This document shows, in pieces, positions 18,202 to 29,084 of a stretch of DNA of 64,000 nt. This stretch comes from a virus, in the IMG/VR virus record IMGVR_UViG_3300023174_000053, positions 32,001 to 96,000 of that record; one strand, 5' to 3'. The translations under genes and the position numbers were made by a program. A model generated the notes under the pieces. That model was not told where the DNA came from and searched no databases. It saw nothing but the letters and a program-made list of their open reading frames with translations. Each line of letters starts with the position of its first letter. The stretch's first letter is position 1.

Positions 18202-19163
18202 AAATTTATAATATTTTCAATATCATTTACATATTTTTTCATTTTTTCAACCAAGGAAAATGATTCAATTCCATACTCTCTAATTTCATTCCTTCTTTCC
18301 AAAGATACTTTTCTATTTTCAAATATTTTTTTAGAAATATATTCTAAATCATTCAACTTTTCATTAGGAATTACCTCAATAAAATTTAAACTAGTATCAA
18401 GTTCATTTACATTTTGCTCGGAAACTACAACTCCCAAACCAAGAATTAGAGCTTCCATTATAACCATTGCTGTGCCATTTTCACCATCACTAAGATGAAC
18501 AAGATTTGCATATGATGTAATTATACCATTACTTTTCAATTCCCCCAAATAATTTTTATTTTCTGGGTCAAAAGATGTTCCAGGAAAATACTTACCAACA
18601 AAATCTATTCCTGGAATAGATTGATATAGATATTGTTTTTTCCTTTGATGAATTTGACCAAGATAAAGAGATTTATTTGGATTTTCGCATTCACTATTAT
18701 ATCTAAATTCAGAAACTAGGGGTCCTTCTCTTAAATGAAAAATTCTATCTTTTGGAAATCCATTTTCAATAAAAAAATCATAATTTTTTGGAGAAACAGA
18801 AAAATTATAAAATTTATTTCCATTATTTAAAATATAGTCAAAAATTTTATCATATCCATCACGTCTATGCATATTTACCTGTTCAATATATGGGTAATGA
18901 CTGCTAAACAAAATTGGACATTTTACTTTATCATACAAATAATCAACAACAGGATAATGTTGATCATAATGAAAATGAATTACATCATAATCACCATTTA
19001 AACATTCTGCAGTAATCTCATTCATATCTGGAGTATTCAAAATATCCCCCTCATGCCCTAATTCACTTAAAGCACAAGATCTATACCAAATAGCTCTTTC
19101 TACTGCACCCCATCCTGTTGGTGGGATAGGCATTATTCCTGGACCGACTAAACAAATTTTCAT
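18198..19163 (-). CDS. GT4-like glycosyltransferase
   Basis: MKICLVGPGIMPIPPTGWGAVE, paralogous to the N-domain of 13398-15131. Confidence 0.82.
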   Translation of the reverse strand: MKICLVGPGIMPIPPTGWGAVERAIWYRSCALSELGHEGDILNTPDMNEITAECLNGDYDVIHFHYDQHYPVVDYLYDKVKCPILFSSHYPYIEQVNMHRRDGYDKIFDYILNNGNKFYNFSVSPKNYDFFIENGFPKDRIFHLREGPLVSEFRYNSECENPNKSLYLGQIHQRKKQYLYQSIPGIDFVGKYFPGTSFDPENKNYLGELKSNGIITSYANLVHLSDGENGTAMVIMEALILGLGVVVSEQNVNELDTSLNFIEVIPNEKLNDLEYISKKIFENRKVSLERRNEIREYGIESFSLVEKMKKYVNDIENIINL

Positions 19164-19981
19164 TTTGTTAACTCTGTAAATAACTCCATTTGTTTCCAAT
19201 TATTTCTATAAAATATTTCAAAAAATTCTGGTTTATTTTTTACAAGATAACCCAAAGCAATTTGTTCGTTATTTAAATTATTTTTAGAAATCATATCATT
19301 AAAAAGAATATTTTCAATTTCACCTAAAATTTTGGGGTGAATGTTTTTATGCATACCAAAAAAAGTACCACAAACGAATGACCTAGCATCATAAAAGTAA
19401 CTTCTATCTAAAGAATTTGAAGATACAAGATCAGAATAAGATTCCATATTTTGTTGTATAAGAAATTTTTCTCCCAATTCATCCAATTCTTTATTAGCAG
19501 CAACTCCTGGAAATTCTTGTTCCAAATTAAATCCATCAAAAAATCTAGATGCTCCTGCATCAATCCAAAAAAATAATTCACTATTAAAATCATTATTTTG
19601 GATTGATTTTTCAATCCATTTAAATTTAGAATACTGAATAATAGAATAAAGAGAATAATTACACTCTATTCTATCCAAAACTGTCATTTTATTTTTATAA
19701 TCATCGGATTGAAGAATTGAATCCATTTTATCTTTTAAGTAATAATATGGAATTTCGTCAAGTCTTTGGGAAATAATCTTAGTATTTTGATCTTCTCTAT
19801 GACTTTTTACAAAATCCACAAGACTCTCTTCTACAAAAATAACCATAGGGCATTTTAATTTTAACGTCACAGAAAACCATTGAAGATATTCATCCCAGGT
19901 TCTTCCATCCATATTTTCCCTATTAATATTAAATAAAGCCGTGGTAATTGTTATATTTTTCATAATTAAATTCTTTCCCAA
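19160..19981 (-). CDS. HtrL/WlaTC-like glycosyltransferase
   Basis: TITTALFNI, FFWIDAG, NNEQIAL. Confidence 0.7.
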   Translation of the reverse strand: MGKNLIMKNITITTALFNINRENMDGRTWDEYLQWFSVTLKLKCPMVIFVEESLVDFVKSHREDQNTKIISQRLDEIPYYYLKDKMDSILQSDDYKNKMTVLDRIECNYSLYSIIQYSKFKWIEKSIQNNDFNSELFFWIDAGASRFFDGFNLEQEFPGVAANKELDELGEKFLIQQNMESYSDLVSSNSLDRSYFYDARSFVCGTFFGMHKNIHPKILGEIENILFNDMISKNNLNNEQIALGYLVKNKPEFFEIFYRNNWKQMELFTELTK

Positions 19982-20784
19982 TTTTTAGGTAACTGATCTT
20001 TTAAAATTAAATGTTCCAATTCTGTCCCATACCATTTTTTTGGAGCAATTACTTTTTTATTCTTATTTTTTGACAACCAAGCCCCCCACCAAGAAAATGT
20101 ACTGTTTGCCATAATAAAATCATTACACATTGCCATCAAACAAAGATCAAAATGACCTTTATATATTCTATCAGGTGTATCAACAAAAAATGAATTTCTA
20201 TTTGTAAAAATTTCTTGTTTTTTGCACCATTCAATATCATCAGAAAAAATTAAAATATCTCTACCTTCAAATTTTTCCAAGGCAGTTTTATAATAATCTA
20301 AACTACAAACAGGATGACGATTCAAATGATGTGGTAGTAAAAAATCACCTCTTCTTACAGTCAAAGCAACTGGTTCATTTTTTAATATATCCTTTCCATA
20401 TGATAAACATTTTTCAACAATAAAATCTTTAAATTCATAATTTTTTCTAATTTTATCTTCTACGTGTTTAAAATATTTTTCACTTTCAAAATATCCAATC
20501 AAAGTTACATTATCTGGACACTCATCAAGCAATTCTTCACAAAAATGATATTGATTTAATTCAACAATATCACCATCAACAAATCCATATTTTCCTTCAA
20601 ATTCAGACATTTTAAAACATCCTTGAAGTTCATGGTGTTGAAAACCACCAAAATCATTATATATGGAATGGTCTGGAATGCAATAATCATACTTACGATG
20701 TGCTGCAATTCCTAAAAGTGCAGCACACTGAAACATTTGATTTCCTAGTCTTCCTATTTGTCCTAAATGATTAAATCCTATCAT
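19966..20784 (-). CDS. GT11 alpha-1,2-fucosyltransferase-like
   Basis: GRLGNQMFQ, VRRGD, FSDD, NSTFSWWGAWL. Confidence 0.92.
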   Translation of the reverse strand: MIGFNHLGQIGRLGNQMFQCAALLGIAAHRKYDYCIPDHSIYNDFGGFQHHELQGCFKMSEFEGKYGFVDGDIVELNQYHFCEELLDECPDNVTLIGYFESEKYFKHVEDKIRKNYEFKDFIVEKCLSYGKDILKNEPVALTVRRGDFLLPHHLNRHPVCSLDYYKTALEKFEGRDILIFSDDIEWCKKQEIFTNRNSFFVDTPDRIYKGHFDLCLMAMCNDFIMANSTFSWWGAWLSKNKNKKVIAPKKWYGTELEHLILKDQLPKNWERI

Positions 20785-20789
20785 AATTT

Positions 20790-21557
20790 TTATTTGTCAT
20801 AATATTCTCTAAATTGATGAACTAATGGATTTGTTTTTGTTCTCCAATTAGCATCTCTGGTACATTCAATTATATCTGGATTGAATACTTCTTCTTCTCC
20901 TACCATAGCAAATAGAGTTGGTATCAAAGCATCATGGGCACACATAGCATACCATTCATATGAAAGTTTATCAAGTATTCCATCGTACTCTCTAAATTTT
21001 TTCAATGCTTTTAAAAAAGTTTCAACTTCAAATACACAAGGAGATGCACCCCATCTTGTTAAAATTTTTGCACCATCAACAGATGCAAGAACATCACGAT
21101 ACCCCTTTGGCGAACAACAATTAATTCTTGATCCCAAAAGTTTAGCATCATCTGGAATTGTCAATTTTCCTCTGATTAAAGCATCAGGATCCATCATAAC
21201 CATCCAATCTGGATATTTACAATATTCTATTGCTCTTTCCAATCTATCCAAAACAGTCAGAGCACACTTTTTGATTACATTTTGATAATAATCTTCTCTA
21301 AAATTTCCTGGACCTGCACCATTAGGTCCTGCTGTTATTTTAAATATGTCTGACATTGTATCTTCTTCCAAAGATACAAATAAATTATCATAGATATCTT
21401 TTAAATATGAGAAATCCAATCCACCATCAGAAACCAAATAAATTAAAGAATCTGGGTAATGAATTCTTAATTGTTGAACAGAATAATCAACCGCACGTTG
21501 TTCATTAAAACAACTATACATAAATCCTAATGTTTTCATATTAATTAAATTTTGCAA
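20790..21557 (-). CDS. putative GT-A fold glycosyltransferase
   Basis: LVSDGG and MMDPD (DxD) motifs, island context. Confidence 0.6.
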   Translation of the reverse strand: MQNLINMKTLGFMYSCFNEQRAVDYSVQQLRIHYPDSLIYLVSDGGLDFSYLKDIYDNLFVSLEEDTMSDIFKITAGPNGAGPGNFREDYYQNVIKKCALTVLDRLERAIEYCKYPDWMVMMDPDALIRGKLTIPDDAKLLGSRINCCSPKGYRDVLASVDGAKILTRWGASPCVFEVETFLKALKKFREYDGILDKLSYEWYAMCAHDALIPTLFAMVGEEEVFNPDIIECTRDANWRTKTNPLVHQFREYYDK

Positions 21558-22149
21558 TTATTTCTGAAGGATATTCACTCTCTGATTTTAATTTTTCTAT
21601 TAAAGATTTATCAAATTCAGAAGGATCAATCCACCAATCTTCAAAAGGATATTCTTTTCCTTCATATCCAGATTGTTGGACATACACGTTAGAGCAAAGT
21701 AAAAAATATCCAAAAGATTCTAAAATACTTCTCTGTTGTTCTCTATATTCATCTCCATAAAGATATCCGTCATGTTCAATTGTGATTACTTTAAATCTAT
21801 ATTCATCAAGTGGTAAAATTTTAAGAACATTAAGACTTAAAGTATCTACATCCAAAGAAAGATAATCAATATTTTTAGGAAATTCATATTCTTCAAATAC
21901 TTGTATATAATCAACACCAAGAGCATCTTCATTCAAATGAACACCACTTTTTCTAGTTCCATAACTTTCATTATATGAACTTTCGATCTCAACACTTATC
22001 GATGACCAATCTAGGTCTTGAAAATAAAAAGTATTATTGAAAATGATAGAATGGCAACTTCCAATATCTACACAATATCCATTTTTTTTAAAATTTAAAA
22101 TATTTGCAACAAATTGATCTTGCTTTGCATCAGAATAAAAACGATTCAT
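21541..22149 (-). CDS. FkbM-like methyltransferase
   Basis: VDIGS, NNT, IDYLSLDVD, ITIEHD, EDWW. Confidence 0.8.
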   Translation of the reverse strand: MNRFYSDAKQDQFVANILNFKKNGYCVDIGSCHSIIFNNTFYFQDLDWSSISVEIESSYNESYGTRKSGVHLNEDALGVDYIQVFEEYEFPKNIDYLSLDVDTLSLNVLKILPLDEYRFKVITIEHDGYLYGDEYREQQRSILESFGYFLLCSNVYVQQSGYEGKEYPFEDWWIDPSEFDKSLIEKLKSESEYPSEIIAKFN

Positions 22150-22235
22150 AATTTACTTCAAATTGCTTATAATTGTTTCTAAAGTATGTATAAACTTTTC
22201 ATTGGTCCAAGAATTATACTTTTTTAAAAATTTTA

Positions 22236-23006
22236 TTAAAATCCATCTTCATGCCACCCTTCAACGTTGAGATCAAATGGAAAATAATAAATATTATTTT
22301 TTGGCCAAATAAAATCTATTCCTTTTCTTGGAAAAGATTTAAAATATTTTGGCATTACCTCTGTACTAACTTGTTTGGCATACTCCCAATTTACTGCCCC
22401 ATCATACAAATATTTTTCTTGGTCATTTACCATATCAACAACTCTATCATCAAATCTACTACAATAATAAGCACCAATATATGTTTCTGATCTAGTGAAC
22501 AAGTTCATATATGAAGACATATTATTGCGGTTAATTCCCATTTTCTGACACAAATCATTTTGTTCAAATGGTATATCAAACAAATTAATCATATCTTCTT
22601 TATATCCCATAAAAACATGATCTCTCGGATGGAACAGATGTGCAAAAATATTTCCACAAATAAAAATTGTTTCCTTCTTCTTATTTTCAATAAAGTAGTT
22701 AATCATATTATCCATACCTTGATGATTAAACTTTTGATCACTTCTCATCTTAATAATGTATTTTGCTTTAGATGCTTTTACACCATTTAAAGATGTAGTT
22801 AGTTGCATATTAACGTTTCCTACACCAGAATATGGAGGATAAACTGAATTTCTTACGAATTTAACTCTATCCAATTTATATTCTTCTGTCTTGTCTACGT
22901 CCCAACAAGAAATAATAATATTGTCAATTAAATCAATTTTAAGATACAAATCAATAACTTCATCTGTGAATTCTGTATATGGACCTTGAATAACTATGTC
23001 TATCAT
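22236..23006 (-). CDS. WavE-like LPS synthesis protein
   Basis: IVIQGP, IISCW, NVNMQ..SLNG, KMRSD, HPRDH. Confidence 0.8.
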   Translation of the reverse strand: MIDIVIQGPYTEFTDEVIDLYLKIDLIDNIIISCWDVDKTEEYKLDRVKFVRNSVYPPYSGVGNVNMQLTTSLNGVKASKAKYIIKMRSDQKFNHQGMDNMINYFIENKKKETIFICGNIFAHLFHPRDHVFMGYKEDMINLFDIPFEQNDLCQKMGINRNNMSSYMNLFTRSETYIGAYYCSRFDDRVVDMVNDQEKYLYDGAVNWEYAKQVSTEVMPKYFKSFPRKGIDFIWPKNNIYYFPFDLNVEGWHEDGF

Positions 23007-23007
23007 A

Positions 23008-24066
23008 TTATTTTAAAAACTCTGTTAGATTATCGGAATTTCTTGGAAGATTAATTGATTCACATGCTGGATAGGGATTACTATTAGCAAAATCATTGAT
23101 AATAACTCGTTTACAGTGAGGAAGTCCCATAATAAGTGTATCATATGGAATATTATACTTGTACATCTCATCTATTGTCAACTCTCTAAGTCTTTCTGGT
23201 CTACTTGTTGTCAAAATAATTTTAACTTTTCCAGAATCATAAAGTTTCCTTAAAAGAGAAATATTACTATTCAGTGGTTCTCCAGTTCCAACATATGGTG
23301 GAAAGTGTATTGAAGAATTAAAAACTAGTGTTCCATCAATATCTACAAATAAACAACGGTACTGACTTTTATATTTGTTCCATGCATCAAGAGTTCCCCA
23401 ATCTTTAAAGTTAGTAGTTGACAATCCATTAAATCTAGATCCAGAAAGAATCATTTCAAAAATAATATTGCTAATATAACATTCTCCATCAAGATCTTCA
23501 ATTTGCTCATATGCTTTACAGAATTCTTTGGCATCTTTAAATCCATATCCACCAACAGAAAAAGTAGAACTAATAACTTTTTTCTCAACTATATTAGTTA
23601 CAATACCATTAATGTCAAATTCAACATAACTTTTTGTTTTTGCATTAATATCATCCATGTTATTCAAATCAAAAAATGCAATTTGATTCTCATCATCGAC
23701 TAATTCACATTCATAGTAACCATCAGAGTCTTTAATAAAAATAAATCCTTCAATATTTTCTAATTTAATTGCATTATAAACTGTTTCAGACTGAGAGGAA
23801 GTTTGATTATCCAAAAATATTATTTTTGACTTATTTTCAATTCCACATTCTTCAAGTTCTTCATGAAATCCTTTTGAAAAACCATACTTAATTTCATGCT
23901 CATTTAGGCATATAAAATAGATGGCATCAAAAAAGTCTAGATTAATTCCAGATATTGCATCCATAACCATAAACTTGTTTTTCATTGGATGAGTTAACAT
24001 CCATTTAGGTTTCATATTTGGAAATCTAGATGATTTCCCTGCCATTGGTACAATTAAATTTTTCAT
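23008..24066 (-). CDS. sugar nucleotidyltransferase-like domain fused to a HAD domain
   Basis: IVPMAGKSSRF..PKW, DWGT; FVDIDGT, INDF. Confidence 0.82.
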   Translation of the reverse strand: MKNLIVPMAGKSSRFPNMKPKWMLTHPMKNKFMVMDAISGINLDFFDAIYFICLNEHEIKYGFSKGFHEELEECGIENKSKIIFLDNQTSSQSETVYNAIKLENIEGFIFIKDSDGYYECELVDDENQIAFFDLNNMDDINAKTKSYVEFDINGIVTNIVEKKVISSTFSVGGYGFKDAKEFCKAYEQIEDLDGECYISNIIFEMILSGSRFNGLSTTNFKDWGTLDAWNKYKSQYRCLFVDIDGTLVFNSSIHFPPYVGTGEPLNSNISLLRKLYDSGKVKIILTTSRPERLRELTIDEMYKYNIPYDTLIMGLPHCKRVIINDFANSNPYPACESINLPRNSDNLTEFLK

Positions 24067-24868
24067 ATAGATCAGTTTTTAAAATGCTACTATTAAGTAT
24101 ACTTTTTTGTTTTGAATTAATCAAGTAAGGTTCTATTCGCAATAGATTTAAAGAATCTAATATTTTAAATTCATCACTTTCAATATAATTTTGATACCTA
24201 AAATATAAATTTTTCCAAATATATTGATACGATTGTTTGATTCTTATATCATCAATTTTATTTAGTTTCAAATTCCAAAAATAATACAAATCTTGTTTCA
24301 ATTTAACCATATCACACAAGAAACTATCAATATAAGAATCTAAAAAATCTATAAAAAATAATCTATTTTTATGAAATAAAATATTTGAGAAGGTTAAATC
24401 ACCATGACAAAAAGTTTTTGGTATTGATACAATTTCTTTACTCAAGATATTATTTTTTATAAAATTCAAATAACTACCATATTTTGTTTTTTCTTCCAAA
24501 CTTTCAATCTTTGATATTAATTTATTTTTAATATTAGATATTTTTATATTAGAAATTAAAAAATCAAAATATTCAAATAAAGTATGAACAACAAAATCAA
24601 TATTGTTAATACAAGAAGTAGAAAAATATTCTTCAAAAGAAAGTCCAGAGATATACTCCATATCAAAATAATACAAAGAATCAAAATTTGAGTTATAAAT
24701 TTTTGGAGTATCTATATTTTTTAATATAAAATTTGAAAATAATTTTTGCTTCTCAATTTGGGATGATAATCTGGAATTATACTCCATCGAAGATGAATAT
24801 TTTCTCAAACTTAAGTTATCTAATAATTCAAGTTTGCATCCAGATAATCCAGATTTTAAATTACTCAT
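24026..24868 (-). CDS. APH/choline-kinase-like phosphotransferase
   Basis: GLSG, MEYI, CHGDLTFSNI, FIDF. Confidence 0.82.
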   Translation of the reverse strand: MSNLKSGLSGCKLELLDNLSLRKYSSSMEYNSRLSSQIEKQKLFSNFILKNIDTPKIYNSNFDSLYYFDMEYISGLSFEEYFSTSCINNIDFVVHTLFEYFDFLISNIKISNIKNKLISKIESLEEKTKYGSYLNFIKNNILSKEIVSIPKTFCHGDLTFSNILFHKNRLFFIDFLDSYIDSFLCDMVKLKQDLYYFWNLKLNKIDDIRIKQSYQYIWKNLYFRYQNYIESDEFKILDSLNLLRIEPYLINSKQKSILNSSILKTDLYEKFNCTNGREII

Positions 24869-24876
24869 GAATGAAA

Positions 24877-25701
24877 TTAATATCCATTTAAATGCAAATA
24901 AGTTACTATTCTTTGCAAATAAAAATCTTTAGAATCATACAAATATTCTTTTCCATAATTCAAATTAAATTCTTCTATTGAAGATTCATGCAATGGATGC
25001 ATTCCTGATGGATGATCATAAGTAGAATCTGGAATATTTCTATCATTCACTGTTTTAATTATATCTTCACCAAGTTCTTTCATATTTAATCTTTTTAAAA
25101 TTTGATTAGTAACATATAAAAATACTAAACTAGTTGGATGATGTGGGATTAAAAATAAAAGTTTATTTGAAAGATTTTCTTCTATAAAATTTGAAACTTT
25201 AATATCTGTCAATGTTTCTTTTTGTTTTAAAATTTGTATACTTTTATCAAACCTATTTTTATAATCCCAGTTTATTTTATTTTTATGATATAAATTGAGT
25301 ATATCATTTCTTTTCAATCCCTTTGAAAGTAAATTCTCAATTACTTCTCCACCAAACCATATGTTTATATTTTTTCCTTTTTGAACAAGTGGCCACATAG
25401 CAGAGGAAAAAATGTAAGGATATGCTATTTTAATAGCATCATTTTTTACATAAGATCCAATAGATCCTTCAACACTTGGATCCGTAGAATAACACCCATG
25501 AACTATTCGCAAAGGATGATATATAAACAGATCCGCATTTTGAATATCATTCATAGGAATTTCACAATTATTTTTAATTAATTGCCAATTAGTATAATGT
25601 TTCATCTCATAAGTTTTATTAAACTCATCACTTTGAGATAGATAATACATTATTCCATCATTTTGGCAATTTCCTATCAATAAGCAATTTAATTTTTTCA
25701 T
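24877..25701 (-). CDS. WcbI-like polysaccharide biosynthesis protein
   Basis: IGNCQ, ADLFIY, LFLIPHHPT. Confidence 0.75.
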   Translation of the reverse strand: MKKLNCLLIGNCQNDGIMYYLSQSDEFNKTYEMKHYTNWQLIKNNCEIPMNDIQNADLFIYHPLRIVHGCYSTDPSVEGSIGSYVKNDAIKIAYPYIFSSAMWPLVQKGKNINIWFGGEVIENLLSKGLKRNDILNLYHKNKINWDYKNRFDKSIQILKQKETLTDIKVSNFIEENLSNKLLFLIPHHPTSLVFLYVTNQILKRLNMKELGEDIIKTVNDRNIPDSTYDHPSGMHPLHESSIEEFNLNYGKEYLYDSKDFYLQRIVTYLHLNGY

Positions 25702-26669
25702 TTTAATATAGAAAGCAAACTATTGACTCTATTGATATAGGTATGATTTTCTTTTACATATTTCATACCATCTAAAATTAACTTTTCATTTTCTCTATTT
25801 TTCATTGCTTCATAAAATAACTCTGATGTATCATCACAATAAACACAATTACCATCAAGTTCTTTGTATATCTCTTCTGAATTAGTCAATCCAAGATGAC
25901 CATAACTTATATTTTTAAAAACTCTACAAGTAAGAAGTTTTTGTTTTAAGTGCTGAAGTCCTCTAATATCAATTCCAAGAAGAGATTCTTGGGTTCTTCG
26001 AATTACTTCTTCATTTGAAAGGGGATTTGTCCAAGGATCATTATGAACAAACCCAATATTATTTTTTTTACATTCTTCTATGAAAGGAAGAAAATTTGAA
26101 TAATTTTCACAAATGCCAAATGAAGATATTGTTCCACAATAATAAACATTTGGTTCTCTTGGAATGTAAATATCATCCTCATTGAATTCATCTGGAAGTT
26201 TATTAGTTGCCCAACTTATATAAACTTTATCATAATCACTCATCTCATAATCAACATAATCATTTTTGACCTTAACTTTTTCAAGTGTTTTGGGGACAAA
26301 ATAACAAGCAGGTCCAATTTTAATTGCAGTGTTTTTATCTAAAGAATATTCTTGAATATGATCTTTAAAGTCAACTGCTGCCATTCGAATATCAATATAC
26401 CTTTCAGCATCTTGATATTTAATAGGAGATGGGCAATACATAATCAAATAACAACTTGTATTATTGATAGGTATTTTTTTATCTGCAAATCCTTCACCAA
26501 CAAAAAGACAATTTGTAAAATCAAATTCTATTGGATAATCATCATCATGAAACCAGTAGACATCATACCCAAGATGTTTAAATGTCCTATAATATGCCTC
26601 ATGAACATACGAATGTGTATGAGAGTATAATGGATGTCCCCAAATAACTACTTTAGAATATTTCATCAA
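25698..26669 (-). CDS. putative glycosyltransferase
   Basis: HTHSYVH, CRVFKNISYG, VKENHTYINR. Confidence 0.7.
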   Translation of the reverse strand: MMKYSKVVIWGHPLYSHTHSYVHEAYYRTFKHLGYDVYWFHDDDYPIEFDFTNCLFVGEGFADKKIPINNTSCYLIMYCPSPIKYQDAERYIDIRMAAVDFKDHIQEYSLDKNTAIKIGPACYFVPKTLEKVKVKNDYVDYEMSDYDKVYISWATNKLPDEFNEDDIYIPREPNVYYCGTISSFGICENYSNFLPFIEECKKNNIGFVHNDPWTNPLSNEEVIRRTQESLLGIDIRGLQHLKQKLLTCRVFKNISYGHLGLTNSEEIYKELDGNCVYCDDTSELFYEAMKNRENEKLILDGMKYVKENHTYINRVNSLLSILK

Positions 26670-27901
26670 ATAATTTGAATATAAGGAAGTGGAAAAATGA
26701 ATTTACCCCCAGAATTTAGATAATCTTTCTCTCTTTGAATTATACCATTTTTAAAATGCCATGGCAACACTATCATATAATCTGGTTTCATATCTTTAAC
26801 TTCTTGTTCAGAAATAATAGGAATATTAGTTCCAGGGGTTACACATCCAAATTTGTCAGGATTCACTTCACCAATTGCAGCAATATCATCAGAAGTAAAT
26901 CCACACCATTGCAGAAGAACATTTCCTTTGGTAGATGCACCATAACCATAAATTATTTTTCCTTCTGATCGAAGAGATTTCACTAATTCCACAAGAGAGT
27001 TTCTATGCTCATATGTCCTTTGAGCAAACTCAAAATATGGTTTAACTGTATGAAGACCCATTCTATATTCTTCTTCAATCAACCAATTAATAACTGCAAT
27101 ATTTTTTCCAATGCTTGTATTTTCTGCTTTACATGCAGTCACTGCAAAACTACCACCATTGATGTCATTTAATGTCACATCAACAATTCGCATTCCTGCT
27201 CGATTAAGAATATTTTCAACAGAAAGCATTGAATAATATTCAATATGTTCATGGCATCCAGTATCATAAGACAATGATCTCAAAGTAGATGGAAGATATG
27301 CTTGCTCAAAATGCCACAATCCATCATCTGCAAGAATAGAATGAATATCTTTTACAAATGAAACTGGATCATCTAAATCATAAAAACAAGAAATAGATGT
27401 AACTAATTTTGCATTTTTTGATTTTTCTACAGATCGATAAGCATCTTCGGAAAAGAAATCCGCAACATAAGAAATTTCTTCTGGATAGTAATGACTAAAC
27501 TTTTTAATAGTCGGGTCAATTCCAATTCTTTTTGTAAACACAGGAAGTGCTTTCAAAAAAGTACAATCATTTGATCCAATATCTACTACAACATCACCGT
27601 CTTTAAGATTTGCAAGTTCTGTAAGATAATTTGCTTTTTGAACCAAATGTTGAATCATAGAATTATTCAAACTAGAAAGATAACCATAATTATCTCCATA
27701 CATATCTGTTGGTTCATATGTATGCTTTAACTGTACCAAATAACTAGATGGACTCCAAACAAGTTCAAGTGGACCTGATGCAATTTCTTCATTTGGTTTT
27801 GGAAAAACTCCTGTAAGTTTTTGATTTCCAAGATTCAAAAAAGTAACAAGATCAGATTCACCACTAACTCTACAAGATTGAATTTCAGTATATGCCGTCA
27901 T
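26666..27901 (-). CDS. NDP-hexose C-methyltransferase
   Basis: [43 protein letters not shown]. Confidence 0.9.
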   Translation of the reverse strand: MTAYTEIQSCRVSGESDLVTFLNLGNQKLTGVFPKPNEEIASGPLELVWSPSSYLVQLKHTYEPTDMYGDNYGYLSSLNNSMIQHLVQKANYLTELANLKDGDVVVDIGSNDCTFLKALPVFTKRIGIDPTIKKFSHYYPEEISYVADFFSEDAYRSVEKSKNAKLVTSISCFYDLDDPVSFVKDIHSILADDGLWHFEQAYLPSTLRSLSYDTGCHEHIEYYSMLSVENILNRAGMRIVDVTLNDINGGSFAVTACKAENTSIGKNIAVINWLIEEEYRMGLHTVKPYFEFAQRTYEHRNSLVELVKSLRSEGKIIYGYGASTKGNVLLQWCGFTSDDIAAIGEVNPDKFGCVTPGTNIPIISEQEVKDMKPDYMIVLPWHFKNGIIQREKDYLNSGGKFIFPLPYIQII

Positions 27902-28934
27902 AATTTTTTTCCTTTGCTAATTTAAGATCATTCTCACACATTTCTTCAACAAGTTGTTCAAATGTATATTCAGGTTTCCATTTTAGTATTTCTTTTGCTT
28001 TAGAACAATCACCAATAAGTGATTCTACTTCTGCTGGACGATAATATTCTGGATTAATTTGTACTAATGGTTTTCCTACATTTATATCTATACCAATTTC
28101 ATTTATACCTTCTCCAGACCATTCCATATCAAAACCAAAATATTTACAAGATATATTTACAAAATCCCGAACAGAGTGTTGCTGTTCCATACTTATAACA
28201 TAATCATCAGGTATATCATTCTGAAGCATCATCCACATAGAACGAACATAATCTTTAGCATGTCCCCAATCACGTTTCGCATCTAGATTGCCAAGTTCAA
28301 GAGGTGCTTTCTTTTTTCCAATTGAAATTTCTGCAAGTGCTTTGGTGATTTTACGAGTTACAAACAATTCACCTCTTCTTGGTGATTCGTGATTAAAAAG
28401 GATCCCATTACACCCAAACATATTATATGATTCTCTATAATTTTTCACAATCCAAAAACCATAAAGTTTGGATACTCCATAAGGAGAACGTGGATAAAAT
28501 GGAGTTGTTTCTTTTTGGGGTGTTTCTTGTACTTTTCCAAAAAGTTCTGAGGTTGAAGCTTGATAGAATCTTGTTTTTTCTGATAATCCAAGAATTCGAA
28601 TTGCTTCTAAAATTCTCACAACACCAACGGCATCAACATCAGTTGTATAGAGAGAATTTGTAAATGAAAATTTTACATGACTTTGTGCTGCTAAATTATA
28701 AATTTCATCTGGACGAGTTTCTTGAATAATAGAAGTAATATTAGAAAAATCCGTCAAATCTCCATAATGAAGATGAATATTTGAATTACTCAAAAGTGGC
28801 GTAATTCGTCCCGTACTATCTGAAATAGAATTACGACGAATAATACCATGCACATCATATCCTTTATTCAAAAGAAGTTCAGCAAGATAAGATCCATCTT
28901 GCCCAGTAATTCCAGTAATTAATGCTGTTTTCAT
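27885..28934 (-). CDS. gmd: GDP-mannose 4,6-dehydratase
   Basis: [40 protein letters not shown]. Confidence 0.96.
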   Translation of the reverse strand: MKTALITGITGQDGSYLAELLLNKGYDVHGIIRRNSISDSTGRITPLLSNSNIHLHYGDLTDFSNITSIIQETRPDEIYNLAAQSHVKFSFTNSLYTTDVDAVGVVRILEAIRILGLSEKTRFYQASTSELFGKVQETPQKETTPFYPRSPYGVSKLYGFWIVKNYRESYNMFGCNGILFNHESPRRGELFVTRKITKALAEISIGKKKAPLELGNLDAKRDWGHAKDYVRSMWMMLQNDIPDDYVISMEQQHSVRDFVNISCKYFGFDMEWSGEGINEIGIDINVGKPLVQINPEYYRPAEVESLIGDCSKAKEILKWKPEYTFEQLVEEMCENDLKLAKEKNYDGIY

Positions 28935-28990
28935 AAAGTTGTAATCCAACGATTGTTTTGAAGTGTCCATTTAGTGACTATTTAGATTAG

Positions 28991-29078
28991 TACGAGTGCC
29001 TGGATTCGAACCAGGTCAAAGCCGCTAATCTGGCGGAAAGAGTTTATAAGGCTCCTCTGACTACCAAGTCTCACTCGC
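28991..29078 (-). tRNA. atypical tRNA with UAU anticodon (nominally Ile) and long variable arm
   Basis: Acceptor GCGAGTG/CACTCGT-A, T arm CCTGG-TTCGAAT-CCAGG, anticodon loop CT-TAT-AA, V arm CCGC/GCGG, 4-nt D loop. Confidence 0.75.
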
Positions 29079-29084
29079 ATAAAA

